DNA of 46,495 nucleotides from a virus. Below, piece by piece: positions 9,742 to 17,719 of this stretch (position 1 is its first letter; every line of letters begins with the position of its first letter). Where the stretch lies: IMG/VR virus record IMGVR_UViG_3300050505_000421, positions 90,579-137,073 of that record; one strand, 5' to 3'. The notes beneath the pieces are model-generated. The model searched no databases, had not been told where the DNA came from, and saw nothing but the letters and a program-made list of their open reading frames with translations. The position numbers were made by a program, and so were the translations under genes.

Positions 9742-10614
9742 ATGAATGAACCTATCATTATCGATCCGCTACTGCAGGACCCAGAGGCGCCGAAAACGGC
9801 CTCCGTTCCGCCGGAGATGATTGAACAGGACCCCGCTCCGGCGGCTCCTACTGTCGAGGCTGTCAAGAAGAAGGCACCTGCACGCTGCGCCGTGTTGTAC
9901 GAAGACAGTGCCGATGGAAGAACCTGGGACTGCGTACTACCCAGGGGCCACGACGGTGAGCACATCAACTACGAAGGTGATATTGCGTGGACCGCCAAGC
10001 CGAAGGGCGGGATGAAGTTGGACCTGGGTTGCGGTAACAACGTTCGAGAAGGTTTCGACGGCGTCGACTTGTACGCAGAGAAGGCCAGATACAAGGTAGA
10101 CTTGTTTCTGTTCCCCCTGCCCTTCGCTGATGAGAGCGTGGATGAAGTGCACTGCTCGCACTTCTTGGAACACCTACCTGCGCGCGAAGTCGAGGAGCGA
10201 GACCTACGCACCGATGTGCGACAGGTCGGCTCTTGCCATCTTCCGAAGGGCGAGACCTTCCTACGGCAGGATTTTCTCTTTGCCTTCATGGACGAGATCT
10301 GGCGCATCCTCAAGCCAGACGGTCTGGCAACGCTGATCGTACCATGCGCTCGCAGTAGCCGGGGCTTTCAAGACCCAACACACCGACGCTTTTTCGTGAG
10401 CGAGACATTCGGGTACTTCAACGCGGAGGCCCGCAAGAACATGGGCCTGAGTCACTACCCGGTGCGTTGCAATTTCTTGGGACCCGTCGACGCGCTCTAC
10501 AGCGATGTGTCACTGAATGCGCAACACGAAGAGGTCGTGCGAGATCGAATGCGCAAGGAGTGGAACGCGATCGATGATTGGCAGGCACGACTGATCAAGA
10601 AGCCACTTCCGTAG
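9742..10614 (+). CDS. Class I SAM-dependent methyltransferase with N-terminal Pro-rich and C..C..H..H extension
   Basis: KLDLGCG, LPFADESVD, HFLEHL, EIWRILKPDG, DPTHRR. Confidence 0.85.
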   Translation: MNEPIIIDPLLQDPEAPKTASVPPEMIEQDPAPAAPTVEAVKKKAPARCAVLYEDSADGRTWDCVLPRGHDGEHINYEGDIAWTAKPKGGMKLDLGCGNNVREGFDGVDLYAEKARYKVDLFLFPLPFADESVDEVHCSHFLEHLPAREVEERDLRTDVRQVGSCHLPKGETFLRQDFLFAFMDEIWRILKPDGLATLIVPCARSSRGFQDPTHRRFFVSETFGYFNAEARKNMGLSHYPVRCNFLGPVDALYSDVSLNAQHEEVVRDRMRKEWNAIDDWQARLIKKPLP

Positions 10615-10624
10615 GACCACAGCT

Positions 10625-10819
10625 ATGTTTTTCTTCCTGCTCAAAGACAGCACGCCGCACGGACCAAGCCTTCAGCCTTCGACCCTTGTCACTATCGAAC
10701 TGGCGTTGCCCGTTGTGCCCGGTGTTTACTTCGCGTTGTCCGCGTATGCCAAAGAGAACGAAGCTGTACGCATGGATCTGTACGCAACTCAAACGATCTC
10801 ATTCGAAGCGAAGGTGTAA
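10625..10819 (+). CDS. Small hypothetical protein
   Basis: AGGA SD; tightly packed between its neighbours. Confidence 0.5.
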   Translation: MFFFLLKDSTPHGPSLQPSTLVTIELALPVVPGVYFALSAYAKENEAVRMDLYATQTISFEAKV

Positions 10820-10821
10820 AC

Positions 10822-11124
10822 ATGGCCAACGAAGGCGTCGAAAGGGTGCACGTAGGAGACGTCGGGACGCGCTTCATCGTGACCATCAACATCCCAATCG
10901 ACAGCGCTACAACGAAGGAGTTCATTTTCAAGCCGCCGCTCGCAGCGGCCTTCACGCGACCAGGGAGTTTGCTCGGTGATGGAACAGACGGCGTTATGTA
11001 CTACGACACCACCAGCGCGGATCTTCTTGAGCCCGGACCCTGGCGCCTGCAGGCACACATAGTTACCCCGAGCGGCGAGTGGCACACTGAGGTAGGACTT
11101 TTTACCGTTCTACGAAATCTCTGA
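10822..11124 (+). CDS. BppU N-terminal-like baseplate/virion protein
   Basis: VGDVGTRFIVTI...FKPP...DGVMYYDT...DL..PGPWRLQAHIV...F.V..NL pattern. Confidence 0.6.
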   Translation: MANEGVERVHVGDVGTRFIVTINIPIDSATTKEFIFKPPLAAAFTRPGSLLGDGTDGVMYYDTTSADLLEPGPWRLQAHIVTPSGEWHTEVGLFTVLRNL

Positions 11125-11163
11125 CCAAACACAAGGAGAAAGGCCTTCTTCCTTGTGTTTGGT
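11124..11163. terminator. Inverted pair of the dispersed motif forming a hairpin where the + and - transcription units converge
   Basis: ACCAAACACAAGGAGAAAG-GC-CTTCTTCCTTGTGTTTGGT; near-perfect inverted repeat. Confidence 0.6.
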
Positions 11164-11240
11164 TGGCGCCCGCGGGTGGAGTCAAACCACCGACCCCCAA
11201 GGTCATTACTCTTGGTGCTCTGTCGCTGAGCTACGCGGGC
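11164..11240 (-). tRNA. Atypical tRNA with 9-nt anticodon loop AGUAAUGAC (AAU/Ile-type triplet, or AAUG quadruplet)
   Basis: GCCCGCG acceptor; GCUC/GAGC D stem; CCAAG/CUUGG anticodon stem; GGGUC variable loop; GGUGG-UUUGACU-CCACC T arm; G73 and encoded CCA. D loop lacks GG and the T loop reads UUUGA. Confidence 0.75.
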
Positions 11241-11243
11241 GTA

Positions 11244-11314
11244 TGGCTCCGGGTCCCTGAGTCGAACAAGGTCCTCCGCTCAACAACGCGGTGTGCACCC
11301 TACACCAACCCGGA
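11244..11314 (-). tRNA. Atypical tRNA-Asn-like with 4-bp anticodon stem and 8-nt loop GUUGUUGA (GUU triplet or UGUU quadruplet)
   Basis: UCCGGGU/ACCCGGA acceptor with U1-A72 and G73 as in tRNA-Asn; short D arm; CCGC/GCGG stem; CCUUG-UUCGACU-CAGGG T arm; encoded CCA. Confidence 0.75.
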
Positions 11315-11330
11315 ATGAAATTCAACCGTT

Positions 11331-11676
11331 TCATCTGATGAGGGGGAGGCGCGGAAGTATATCGCGCACGGCGTGAAGGTCCGCGCGGTAGCACGGACGC
11401 AGCCCAATGCTCAACAGCGCTCCGTTGAAGGGCGCGTCGGGCTCCCGGACGGCTACGTGCGGGATGTTCTCCTCGAGCAGGCGTGCTTCGAGGAGAAGTA
11501 GCGCAGCCTCGTCTGGAGCGGCCAGCGCGATCGCATGCGTGTCGTGCGGAATGTTGCCGGGAGAACTCTCGCCGGCGCAGTGAATCAACTGCGCGGCTTG
11601 GAGCCCGTGTGGGAGATCGCGACGGATGATGCAGATGTGGAGGAGGGGGGAGGTAGGGCTAATGAGAGGTGTTCAT
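11331..11676 (-). CDS. Pth2/PTRHD1-like peptidyl-tRNA hydrolase-fold protein; needs a +1 frameshift from ATG 11676 or an AUU start
   Basis: HICIIRRDLPHGLQAAQLIH...DEAAL...REPDAPFNGALLSIGLRP...LPLIR is the Pth2-family pattern. There is no ATG/GTG/TTG in frame upstream of the N-terminal motif. ATG AAC ACC TCT CAT TAG sits one base out of frame, and the joined product is 114 aa. Confidence 0.75.
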
Positions 11677-11696
11677 GAGGACCAATGTAACCTCGA

Positions 11697-12245
11697 TCAG
11701 CGCTTTGTCAAGACTTCGGCACCGAGAGAATTCATCAGTGATTCCAGGTGCATGCCGCGCATGTACTGGCACGCCTTGGGATGCCAAGGCTGCGCGGCGG
11801 CCAAGGCGTGGCGCATGGAGCTCGGTGGAGGTAGTCGCCGCCTCTTGTAGGAACGCATGAAGGTGCGCGCTTGCACGTCGCACGGTGCGATGGCGGCATG
11901 GCGACGGGGGAGGCACACACAGCGTAGGTTGGGCCAAGCTTGCACGTCGGCTTGGAGTTCTGGGAGGAACGTGGCTGGGTGCACTCGGCGGCCGTGCGGT
12001 CGCTTGGGGCCGAAGATTGAGTCGCAGTCGTAGAGAAGCAGGAGACGACTGTTCTTGTTGATACCGCAGCTGAGGGCGAGCTCAAGGCCAACAAGCAGCG
12101 CGAAACGCTCAGCTGCGATCGATGTGTTGGTGGTCTCCGGGCAGGGGCCGACCACTCGCTTCTCGGAGCCGTTGGGTAGGATCAAGCGAACGGCGAAACC
12201 ACCCACGCCGTTGAAGGAAGCATCGGTGATGACGATCGGATCCAA
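11697..12245 (-). CDS. RNase HI-like protein
   Basis: Acidic tetrad VITDASF...AAERFAL...LYDCDS...CDVQAR. Confidence 0.7.
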   Translation of the reverse strand: MDPIVITDASFNGVGGFAVRLILPNGSEKRVVGPCPETTNTSIAAERFALLVGLELALSCGINKNSRLLLLYDCDSIFGPKRPHGRRVHPATFLPELQADVQAWPNLRCVCLPRRHAAIAPCDVQARTFMRSYKRRRLPPPSSMRHALAAAQPWHPKACQYMRGMHLESLMNSLGAEVLTKR

Positions 12246-12253
12246 GGCGTGCG

Positions 12254-12943
12254 TTACGGCGCGCTAACTTGGAGCAGCGTACATGTGCGCTCAAACACGG
12301 CTTCGAGAACTTGGTCGAACGGTCGGTCGGCGTCGATGACGACGACCGGTTCTTGCCCGTCCCAGATCTCGGCGCCACCTGACCAGAATGCATCACGATA
12401 GCGCTCAGCAACATCGACTTGCGTCCTCAAGTCTTCGTAAATTTCTATCACGGTGCGGCGCTTGTCCCAGTACCGTCGGACCACAGCGGTCTCTACGTCC
12501 AGATCCAGCAAGAAGGACAGGTCCGGCTTGCGCAATCCTTTATGCGGACGCTGAACCACAGCGGTAGTAAACAGTTGCCGGAAAACGGAGGTGTCGAGAT
12601 GAAGGCCTTGGTAAACCGCAGTTGACACAACGTACCGGTCACAAACCACCCAAGTTCCTTCGGCCAACGTACGTTCGATGAACGCGAGGTGCTCTATGCG
12701 GTCTGCTGTGAACAGGAGCGTCATGATACACGCACCAGCTTCAGACTTCGGGTCGACGGTGAGAGTCGCTTGATGACCCAGGATGGTACGTATGAACTTT
12801 CCAATTGCTCCATTGGTGGGTTCGCATTGCCAAACGGTGTCAACGCCCGCCTTGTTTAGGCGCTGGACAAGTGCTTTCGACACGGACGTCGTTCCGGAAC
12901 CGTCGATGCCCTCCAGAACGATCAACTTCCCGGGTGTGGTCAC
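12254..12943 (-). CDS. tmk: Thymidylate (dTMP) kinase
   Basis: LEGIDGSGTTS P-loop, EPT, LLFTADR, CDRY, KPDL. Confidence 0.92.
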   Translation of the reverse strand: MTTPGKLIVLEGIDGSGTTSVSKALVQRLNKAGVDTVWQCEPTNGAIGKFIRTILGHQATLTVDPKSEAGACIMTLLFTADRIEHLAFIERTLAEGTWVVCDRYVVSTAVYQGLHLDTSVFRQLFTTAVVQRPHKGLRKPDLSFLLDLDVETAVVRRYWDKRRTVIEIYEDLRTQVDVAERYRDAFWSGGAEIWDGQEPVVVIDADRPFDQVLEAVFERTCTLLQVSAP

Positions 12944-13776
12944 GGGAGAACCTCTGTTGCAGGGGCCGCTGCCAGCGGAGGTTCCGCGGTACTTGGTTGT
13001 GCAGCAGCTTCCTCGAGCCTCTTCAAGGCAATCGCGATCGCCCCTGAATCGCTGTCACAACCAAAGAATCGACGACCGCTCAGCAGGGCGGCGACACCTG
13101 TTCCACCAGAGCCGCAGAATGGATCGAGTACGAGGTCTCCCTGTTTCGTGCTGGCACGAAGACAGCGGTCCATTAAAGCCAGGGGCTTTTGCGTTGGGTA
13201 CCTCCCGTGGCGCTTCTCGGCTTTTCCCGGCGCCTTGATCTTCCAAACGTTCTTCATCTGCTTGCCGCCGTTCTCGGCCTTCATCGCTTCGTAGTCGAAA
13301 GTGTACTTGTCGTCACTACCCTTCGCGGCCTTCGTCGCCCAAAGCAAGGTCTCGGTCGAGTGCGTGAAGCAGCGGCAACCGAGGTTCGGCGGCGGGTTCG
13401 GTTTCTCCCAAACGATGTCGTTCAGGATCCGAAAGCCAAGTTGCTGCAGGGCGAAGCCCACATTTAGATAGATATGGTGCGTACCAGATACCCACAACGT
13501 ACCCGCCGGCTTCAAGAGGCGGAGGCACTCCGTCAACCAACTAACGTTGAACGCGTGATCGGCCTCCCATCCGTGACTGCGATCCCATGCACCCTTGTTG
13601 ACATTGGTGCGCTCACCATTGCTGCACGTTGTACCGTCGTTCGACAGCAGGTACGGCGGGTCGGTCCAGATGCAGTCGACGCTCTCATCCGGACCGAGCC
13701 GCATGAACTCAAGGCAGTCCCCTTGCGCAAGCCAGGCGCGGCCCTCTGGCGCAGTCCAAACAGTGGCAATGGTCAT
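12940..13776 (-). CDS. Beta-class N6-adenine/N4-cytosine DNA methyltransferase, DpnA (M2.DpnII)-like
   Basis: TDPPYLLSNDG..C..G....VNKGAWD, WEKPNPPPNL.CR.FTHSTE, GKQMKNVW, PTQKP, DPFCGSG. Confidence 0.92.
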   Translation of the reverse strand: MTIATVWTAPEGRAWLAQGDCLEFMRLGPDESVDCIWTDPPYLLSNDGTTCSNGERTNVNKGAWDRSHGWEADHAFNVSWLTECLRLLKPAGTLWVSGTHHIYLNVGFALQQLGFRILNDIVWEKPNPPPNLGCRCFTHSTETLLWATKAAKGSDDKYTFDYEAMKAENGGKQMKNVWKIKAPGKAEKRHGRYPTQKPLALMDRCLRASTKQGDLVLDPFCGSGGTGVAALLSGRRFFGCDSDSGAIAIALKRLEEAAAQPSTAEPPLAAAPATEVLP

Positions 13777-14189
13777 GCGTCCTCTTCTTCTTGGTCAAGC
13801 CGGCTTTGCTCGACGCGTAACTTCTTCAAGGCCGTTTCCTCAAGTTGCCTCGCGCGTTCGCGTGTTACACCCATGACACGACCGACGACGTCCAACGTCA
13901 CGTTCCGATCGTTCTCCTGCAATTGCTCGAACTCTATCAGGCCTTCGGCGATGTCCAAGGCGCAGGTCGGGAGGCCGTCGTCCTCCCACGGCAAGATGCC
14001 CCTGGTAAGACGCACGTGCCCGCCCGGTGTTACGTCGAGCAGTAAGTGCTGGCGACACCCAACGTACGGGCACGGTCGCTGCGCGTTGCGGCCACCCTCC
14101 AAGCAATCCGAGCGAACCCGCGGGCGCCAGTGACTTTCTTCCTTGTGGTTGACGTCCTCGTCGTCCGCGGGTTCGTGCTCTTGCTCCAG
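13773..14189 (-). CDS. Cys/His-motif plus sigma70 region-4 HTH DNA-binding protein (myxobacterial type); start uncertain (CTG 14189)
   Basis: RPRVRSDC...RPCPYVGCRQHLLLDV...TCALDIA...TLDVVGRVMGVTRERARQLEETALKKL. The conserved part extends upstream of the TTG used in the ORF track. Confidence 0.75.
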   Translation of the reverse strand: MEQEHEPADDEDVNHKEESHWRPRVRSDCLEGGRNAQRPCPYVGCRQHLLLDVTPGGHVRLTRGILPWEDDGLPTCALDIAEGLIEFEQLQENDRNVTLDVVGRVMGVTRERARQLEETALKKLRVEQSRLDQEEEDA

Positions 14190-14197
14190 ACGCTCTT

Positions 14198-15064
14198 CTA
14201 GTTCGCCGTAGCTTCGTCGAAGGCGGGGGCGGTCTCGATGCCCATCGCGATCCGCAAGCCCTTCCGGACGCCTTCGAGCTCCGTCCGGTCGCTCGCCTTC
14301 AGCGTCCCGTTCTGCGTCTTCAAGTGCTTCTGGATCTGCAGCGCCAGATCCTCCGCCTCCTTGAAAGGGAGCATCCGCTTGCGTGCGGACGCCTCCCTGC
14401 CAGCGCGCTTGGCGGTGCGCTTGACGGTAGCGATCGTCGCCGTACCGGTACCGGACTTGACGGCGTCCTCGAGAGCCTTGTTCTGTGCTTCCTGATCCTC
14501 GGGGAAGCGCTGCAGCAGTTCAAGCACAGCGGACATGGAGACGAGCCCGTCGTTCAGGGCCTTCTTCGCGGTGGAAGTTGCGGTGAGGAGCTTCAAGCGT
14601 CCCTTGACGTGTCCCTCCGAGCAACCGAGTTGTCCCGCAATCTTCGCCTCGTCCCAGCCCCAGTTCATGAGGCGCTTGAAGCCCTCGGCCTGCTCGAGCG
14701 GTCGGAAGTCCTGCGCATGCGCGTTGCTGACCAACTGCACGATGGTGCGTTCGGCCTCGTCCGGGCGATCCTTGAGGTCACAGGGTACGGCCGTGATCGC
14801 CGCGCCGAGTTCCTTGTTGGCGTAGCGAATGGCGCGCAGGCGTCGCTCGCCATCGACCAGAATCAACTGGTCCTTCTCACGCCGGATGGTGAGGTGTCGC
14901 TCTAGGCCCGATGTCATGATCGACTGCGCAAGGTCTTCGATACCGTTGAAGGCCTTGCGCAGGTTGTGCCCGGTTTCAACGACGATCTTGTCCGGGTTGA
15001 TCATGAAGTAGTTCTTGCGTCCTTCAACGCCTGCCAAGTCTTCCACACGAGTGATGTTTCCCAC
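14198..15064 (-). CDS. ParB/Spo0J-like protein
   Basis: LAQSI...G, LVDGERRLRA (ParB box), N...QDFRPLEQA, HTH IAGQLGCSEGHVKGRLKL. Confidence 0.88.
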   Translation of the reverse strand: MGNITRVEDLAGVEGRKNYFMINPDKIVVETGHNLRKAFNGIEDLAQSIMTSGLERHLTIRREKDQLILVDGERRLRAIRYANKELGAAITAVPCDLKDRPDEAERTIVQLVSNAHAQDFRPLEQAEGFKRLMNWGWDEAKIAGQLGCSEGHVKGRLKLLTATSTAKKALNDGLVSMSAVLELLQRFPEDQEAQNKALEDAVKSGTGTATIATVKRTAKRAGREASARKRMLPFKEAEDLALQIQKHLKTQNGTLKASDRTELEGVRKGLRIAMGIETAPAFDEATAN

Positions 15065-15077
15065 GAGCTTTCTCCTG

Positions 15078-17072
15078 TTAGTTCAGTTGTTTATAGTTCG
15101 GACCGATCTTCGCCTTTGCGAAAAGGCGGACCGGCCCTGCGGGTCCTTCGAGTTGGAATTCCATACTCTCTTCCATGATCTTGGCGACGCGGGGGCCGTC
15201 CGGTTCGTCACACTCGACCATGGCTGAGTCGTGCCCGTTGTGTACTAGGAATGCTCTTGGCGGTAGGCGCTCCGCGATCTTCAAGAGTGCGTCGTCTACG
15301 ATCTCACCGGCGGTCCATTGCACAGGCCAGTTGAATGCCTTGGTCGGCTCAACTGGAACAGACGGAAAGATGCACTTCCGGCCGAAGGGGGGAATCTCCA
15401 CATAGCCGTGTGAGTTCGCGAAGTCCAGTGTCTTTGTACGCCAGAGCGGAATCTCGTAGTACGTGCGGAAGATACCGGAGATGATGAAGGCGACACGGTC
15501 TACAGTCATCATGGCGCGCGCCTCGATCGGAGTACGCTTGTCCTCCCGGATCGCTTGCGTGACCTTCTTGGCGCCGGCGCCGTAGTTCAAGCCGTAGATG
15601 ACGCGCTTGCAGATGTAACGCAGGAGCTTCTTCTGTTCAGGCGCGGCGTCTTCGAACAGCTTGCCGAAGACCGCCTTGGCGGTGAGGACGTGCGCGTCCG
15701 TTCCCTCACGAAACGCGTTGAGTAGTGCGGTGCATCCAGAGAAGCAAGCGGAGATTCGATATTCCAACTGCTCCATATCCGCGCCCACGAGGACGCGGCC
15801 GGGAGGAGCCGCGAAAATACTGCGTAAATCGTTTCCAAGGTTCTGACAGTTTGGACTTGATGCCCATCTAGGTCCGACAGTACCGCAGGGGTTCCAAGAA
15901 ACGCGCAAACGCGAGTCGTCATCGATGTGCTTGCGATAGCCCTTCGGCTTCCACTCTTTGTCTGCGCCGATTGTGTAGCCTGGGGGCAGTCCTACGAAAC
16001 CAGAGATGGCGTGTCGAAGCTCGGCGATGTTGACGAACTTCTTGACGTGTGGATTCTCGAGGAAGTCGAGGGCCGTCTTGTAACTCGTCGAGGGCTTCCG
16101 TGTCTTCGCTGTGTAGGATCGTACAGGGAGTTTCAAGAGTTCGTACAAGAAGTGCATCTTGTGAGACGGCTTCCCGAGGTCCATGTCCGGCCAATTCAAG
16201 TCGGTGCGCAATTCGTGAGTCAAGCGCTCCAGCTTGTGGAACAGTTCAAGGCCCAAGCGGTCCATCTCGACACGGTCGCAATAGATCCCGGACACTTCCA
16301 TCTGGCGAGCAAGCTCGACGTACTGCATTTCCTTCGCGGCCACGGTGAGGAGGTTGTAGTCGCGCGCTACGCCGTAGAGAGGGTCGGCCAACTGTTGACA
16401 CCCAATGGCATCACAACCGTTGTAGTAGAGGAGGTCCTCCAGGGAAGCCTCTTCCTTGTTTTCCTTCGTGTCGAAGTCAACCTTCCACGCCTCGGTATCT
16501 GTGTAGGTTGAAGCAACGGCTTGCAAATCGTGTGGGACACTCGGGTCGACAATGTGCGCAAGCACAAGGGTATCGACGACGGGTCCCGCCACGGGGCACT
16601 GATGTCGCGCGAGAACTGTGGCGTCGAACGTCTGGTTGTGGATAATCTTGGTGACGTTGAGGTCAGCGCACAGCGCCTTGACCTCATTGAACAACAACTC
16701 GCGTGTTAGAGGGTCAAGCAGTCCAGGCATTAAGGGAATGGCGACAGCCTCGTTGCTTCCGTGAGGCGACACAGAGACGGTCTTCAACTGGCAACGTGTA
16801 GGCCGCGCTCTGGTCGTCTCTGTGTCTATTCCAAAGCAACGACTCGTACTGCGCCAGTAACGCAGGACCTGCAACGCGTAGTCGCACATCTGCTTGCGCT
16901 TATCTGGATCCGCGTCCCAACAAATCCACACGTGCTTCTTCGTCTTCCACTCGTTCACGGCGTAGAAGGCAGCGCGTTTGAGGTCACGCTCCAGCACGCC
17001 GACAAACCGCTCCTGCCCGCGCAGGATGTACGCCGGGTGCAGTACGGGTATGACGAGCGGTTGCCAAGACAT
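15078..17072 (-). CDS. polA: Family A DNA polymerase with 3'-5' exonuclease and an N-terminal UDG C-terminal fragment
   Basis: ExoI IDTET, ExoII HNQTFD, ExoIII YNGCD. Motif A DMEQLEYR, motif B RYICKRVIYGLNYG, motif C GHDS. N-terminal VIPVLHPAYILR...RDL. Confidence 0.93.
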   Translation of the reverse strand: MSWQPLVIPVLHPAYILRGQERFVGVLERDLKRAAFYAVNEWKTKKHVWICWDADPDKRKQMCDYALQVLRYWRSTSRCFGIDTETTRARPTRCQLKTVSVSPHGSNEAVAIPLMPGLLDPLTRELLFNEVKALCADLNVTKIIHNQTFDATVLARHQCPVAGPVVDTLVLAHIVDPSVPHDLQAVASTYTDTEAWKVDFDTKENKEEASLEDLLYYNGCDAIGCQQLADPLYGVARDYNLLTVAAKEMQYVELARQMEVSGIYCDRVEMDRLGLELFHKLERLTHELRTDLNWPDMDLGKPSHKMHFLYELLKLPVRSYTAKTRKPSTSYKTALDFLENPHVKKFVNIAELRHAISGFVGLPPGYTIGADKEWKPKGYRKHIDDDSRLRVSWNPCGTVGPRWASSPNCQNLGNDLRSIFAAPPGRVLVGADMEQLEYRISACFSGCTALLNAFREGTDAHVLTAKAVFGKLFEDAAPEQKKLLRYICKRVIYGLNYGAGAKKVTQAIREDKRTPIEARAMMTVDRVAFIISGIFRTYYEIPLWRTKTLDFANSHGYVEIPPFGRKCIFPSVPVEPTKAFNWPVQWTAGEIVDDALLKIAERLPPRAFLVHNGHDSAMVECDEPDGPRVAKIMEESMEFQLEGPAGPVRLFAKAKIGPNYKQLN

Positions 17073-17719
17073 CAGATCTGGTCCTCGGTGTCCTCGGTCT
17101 TCTTGCGCTTCTTCGACACACCAGGGAAAGGTTCAAGGCGCGCTACCCGGGGAAGATCTTCCCGCGCGATCTCAAGAAGTTGTTCTAGCTGTGGTTGGTG
17201 GATCGCGCCGCGCCGCGCGGTGATACCCTCATTGCGTCCTGTAAGACTCCACATCGCGAGCGCGCCGGCGGGAACGATCACCTTGGGTTGAATCAACAGG
17301 AGTTCCTCCAACAAACGCGGACGGCATGCGCGGACGGAGAGCTCCTTCACTGTGTCGGTGTCTAGACTGAGCGCCTTCTGGTCGGCCTGCCCCTGATTCA
17401 TCACGAGGGTTACAGGCCGCGGAACACAGCAAGCCGCGTTGGAGATCCAAAGCTCGGTTCGATCAATCCCAGCACGCTCGAGCATGATGTCCAGTAATCG
17501 ACCGGACTTTCCAATGAAGCCCCGCCCTTCAGACTCTTCATTGCTTCCCGGGCCTTCGCCCACGATCGCAATACGAGCTCGCGTGTTCCCGTTGGGGGGG
17601 ACGATCCGGCTGCCCCGAAGAGGGCAGACCTCGCAGTTAGGGCGCGATAGCATGCCGCTGTGCCCGATGAGGGCTTGCGCGTCCTTGCTCTGCTCGATCT
17701 GTCCTAGTTCTAGGGGCAT
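17072..17719 (-). CDS. Family 4 uracil-DNA glycosylase, N-terminal portion (lacks the HP motif)
   Basis: CEVCPL, VGEGPG, EE..GRGFIGKSGRLL, SNAACC, C...LLEEL...QPKVIVPAGALA, ITARRG. Stop overlaps the polA start (TGATG). Confidence 0.85.
   Translation of the reverse strand: MPLELGQIEQSKDAQALIGHSGMLSRPNCEVCPLRGSRIVPPNGNTRARIAIVGEGPGSNEESEGRGFIGKSGRLLDIMLERAGIDRTELWISNAACCVPRPVTLVMNQGQADQKALSLDTDTVKELSVRACRPRLLEELLLIQPKVIVPAGALAMWSLTGRNEGITARRGAIHQPQLEQLLEIAREDLPRVARLEPFPGVSKKRKKTEDTEDQI

Noticed and set aside
11331-12245. RNase H-Pth2 fusion by TGA readthrough
   Set aside because: The frames match, but two TGA codons intervene and TGA is a normal stop elsewhere (many ATGA/GTGA overlaps).
15078-17072. 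DpoZ / 2-aminoadenine system
   Set aside because: No PurZ, DatZ or MazZ-like gene is visible in this window.
17594-17600. G7 tract in the UDG gene as a phase switch
   Set aside because: It is in frame (VPPNG) and short, with no sign of disruption.
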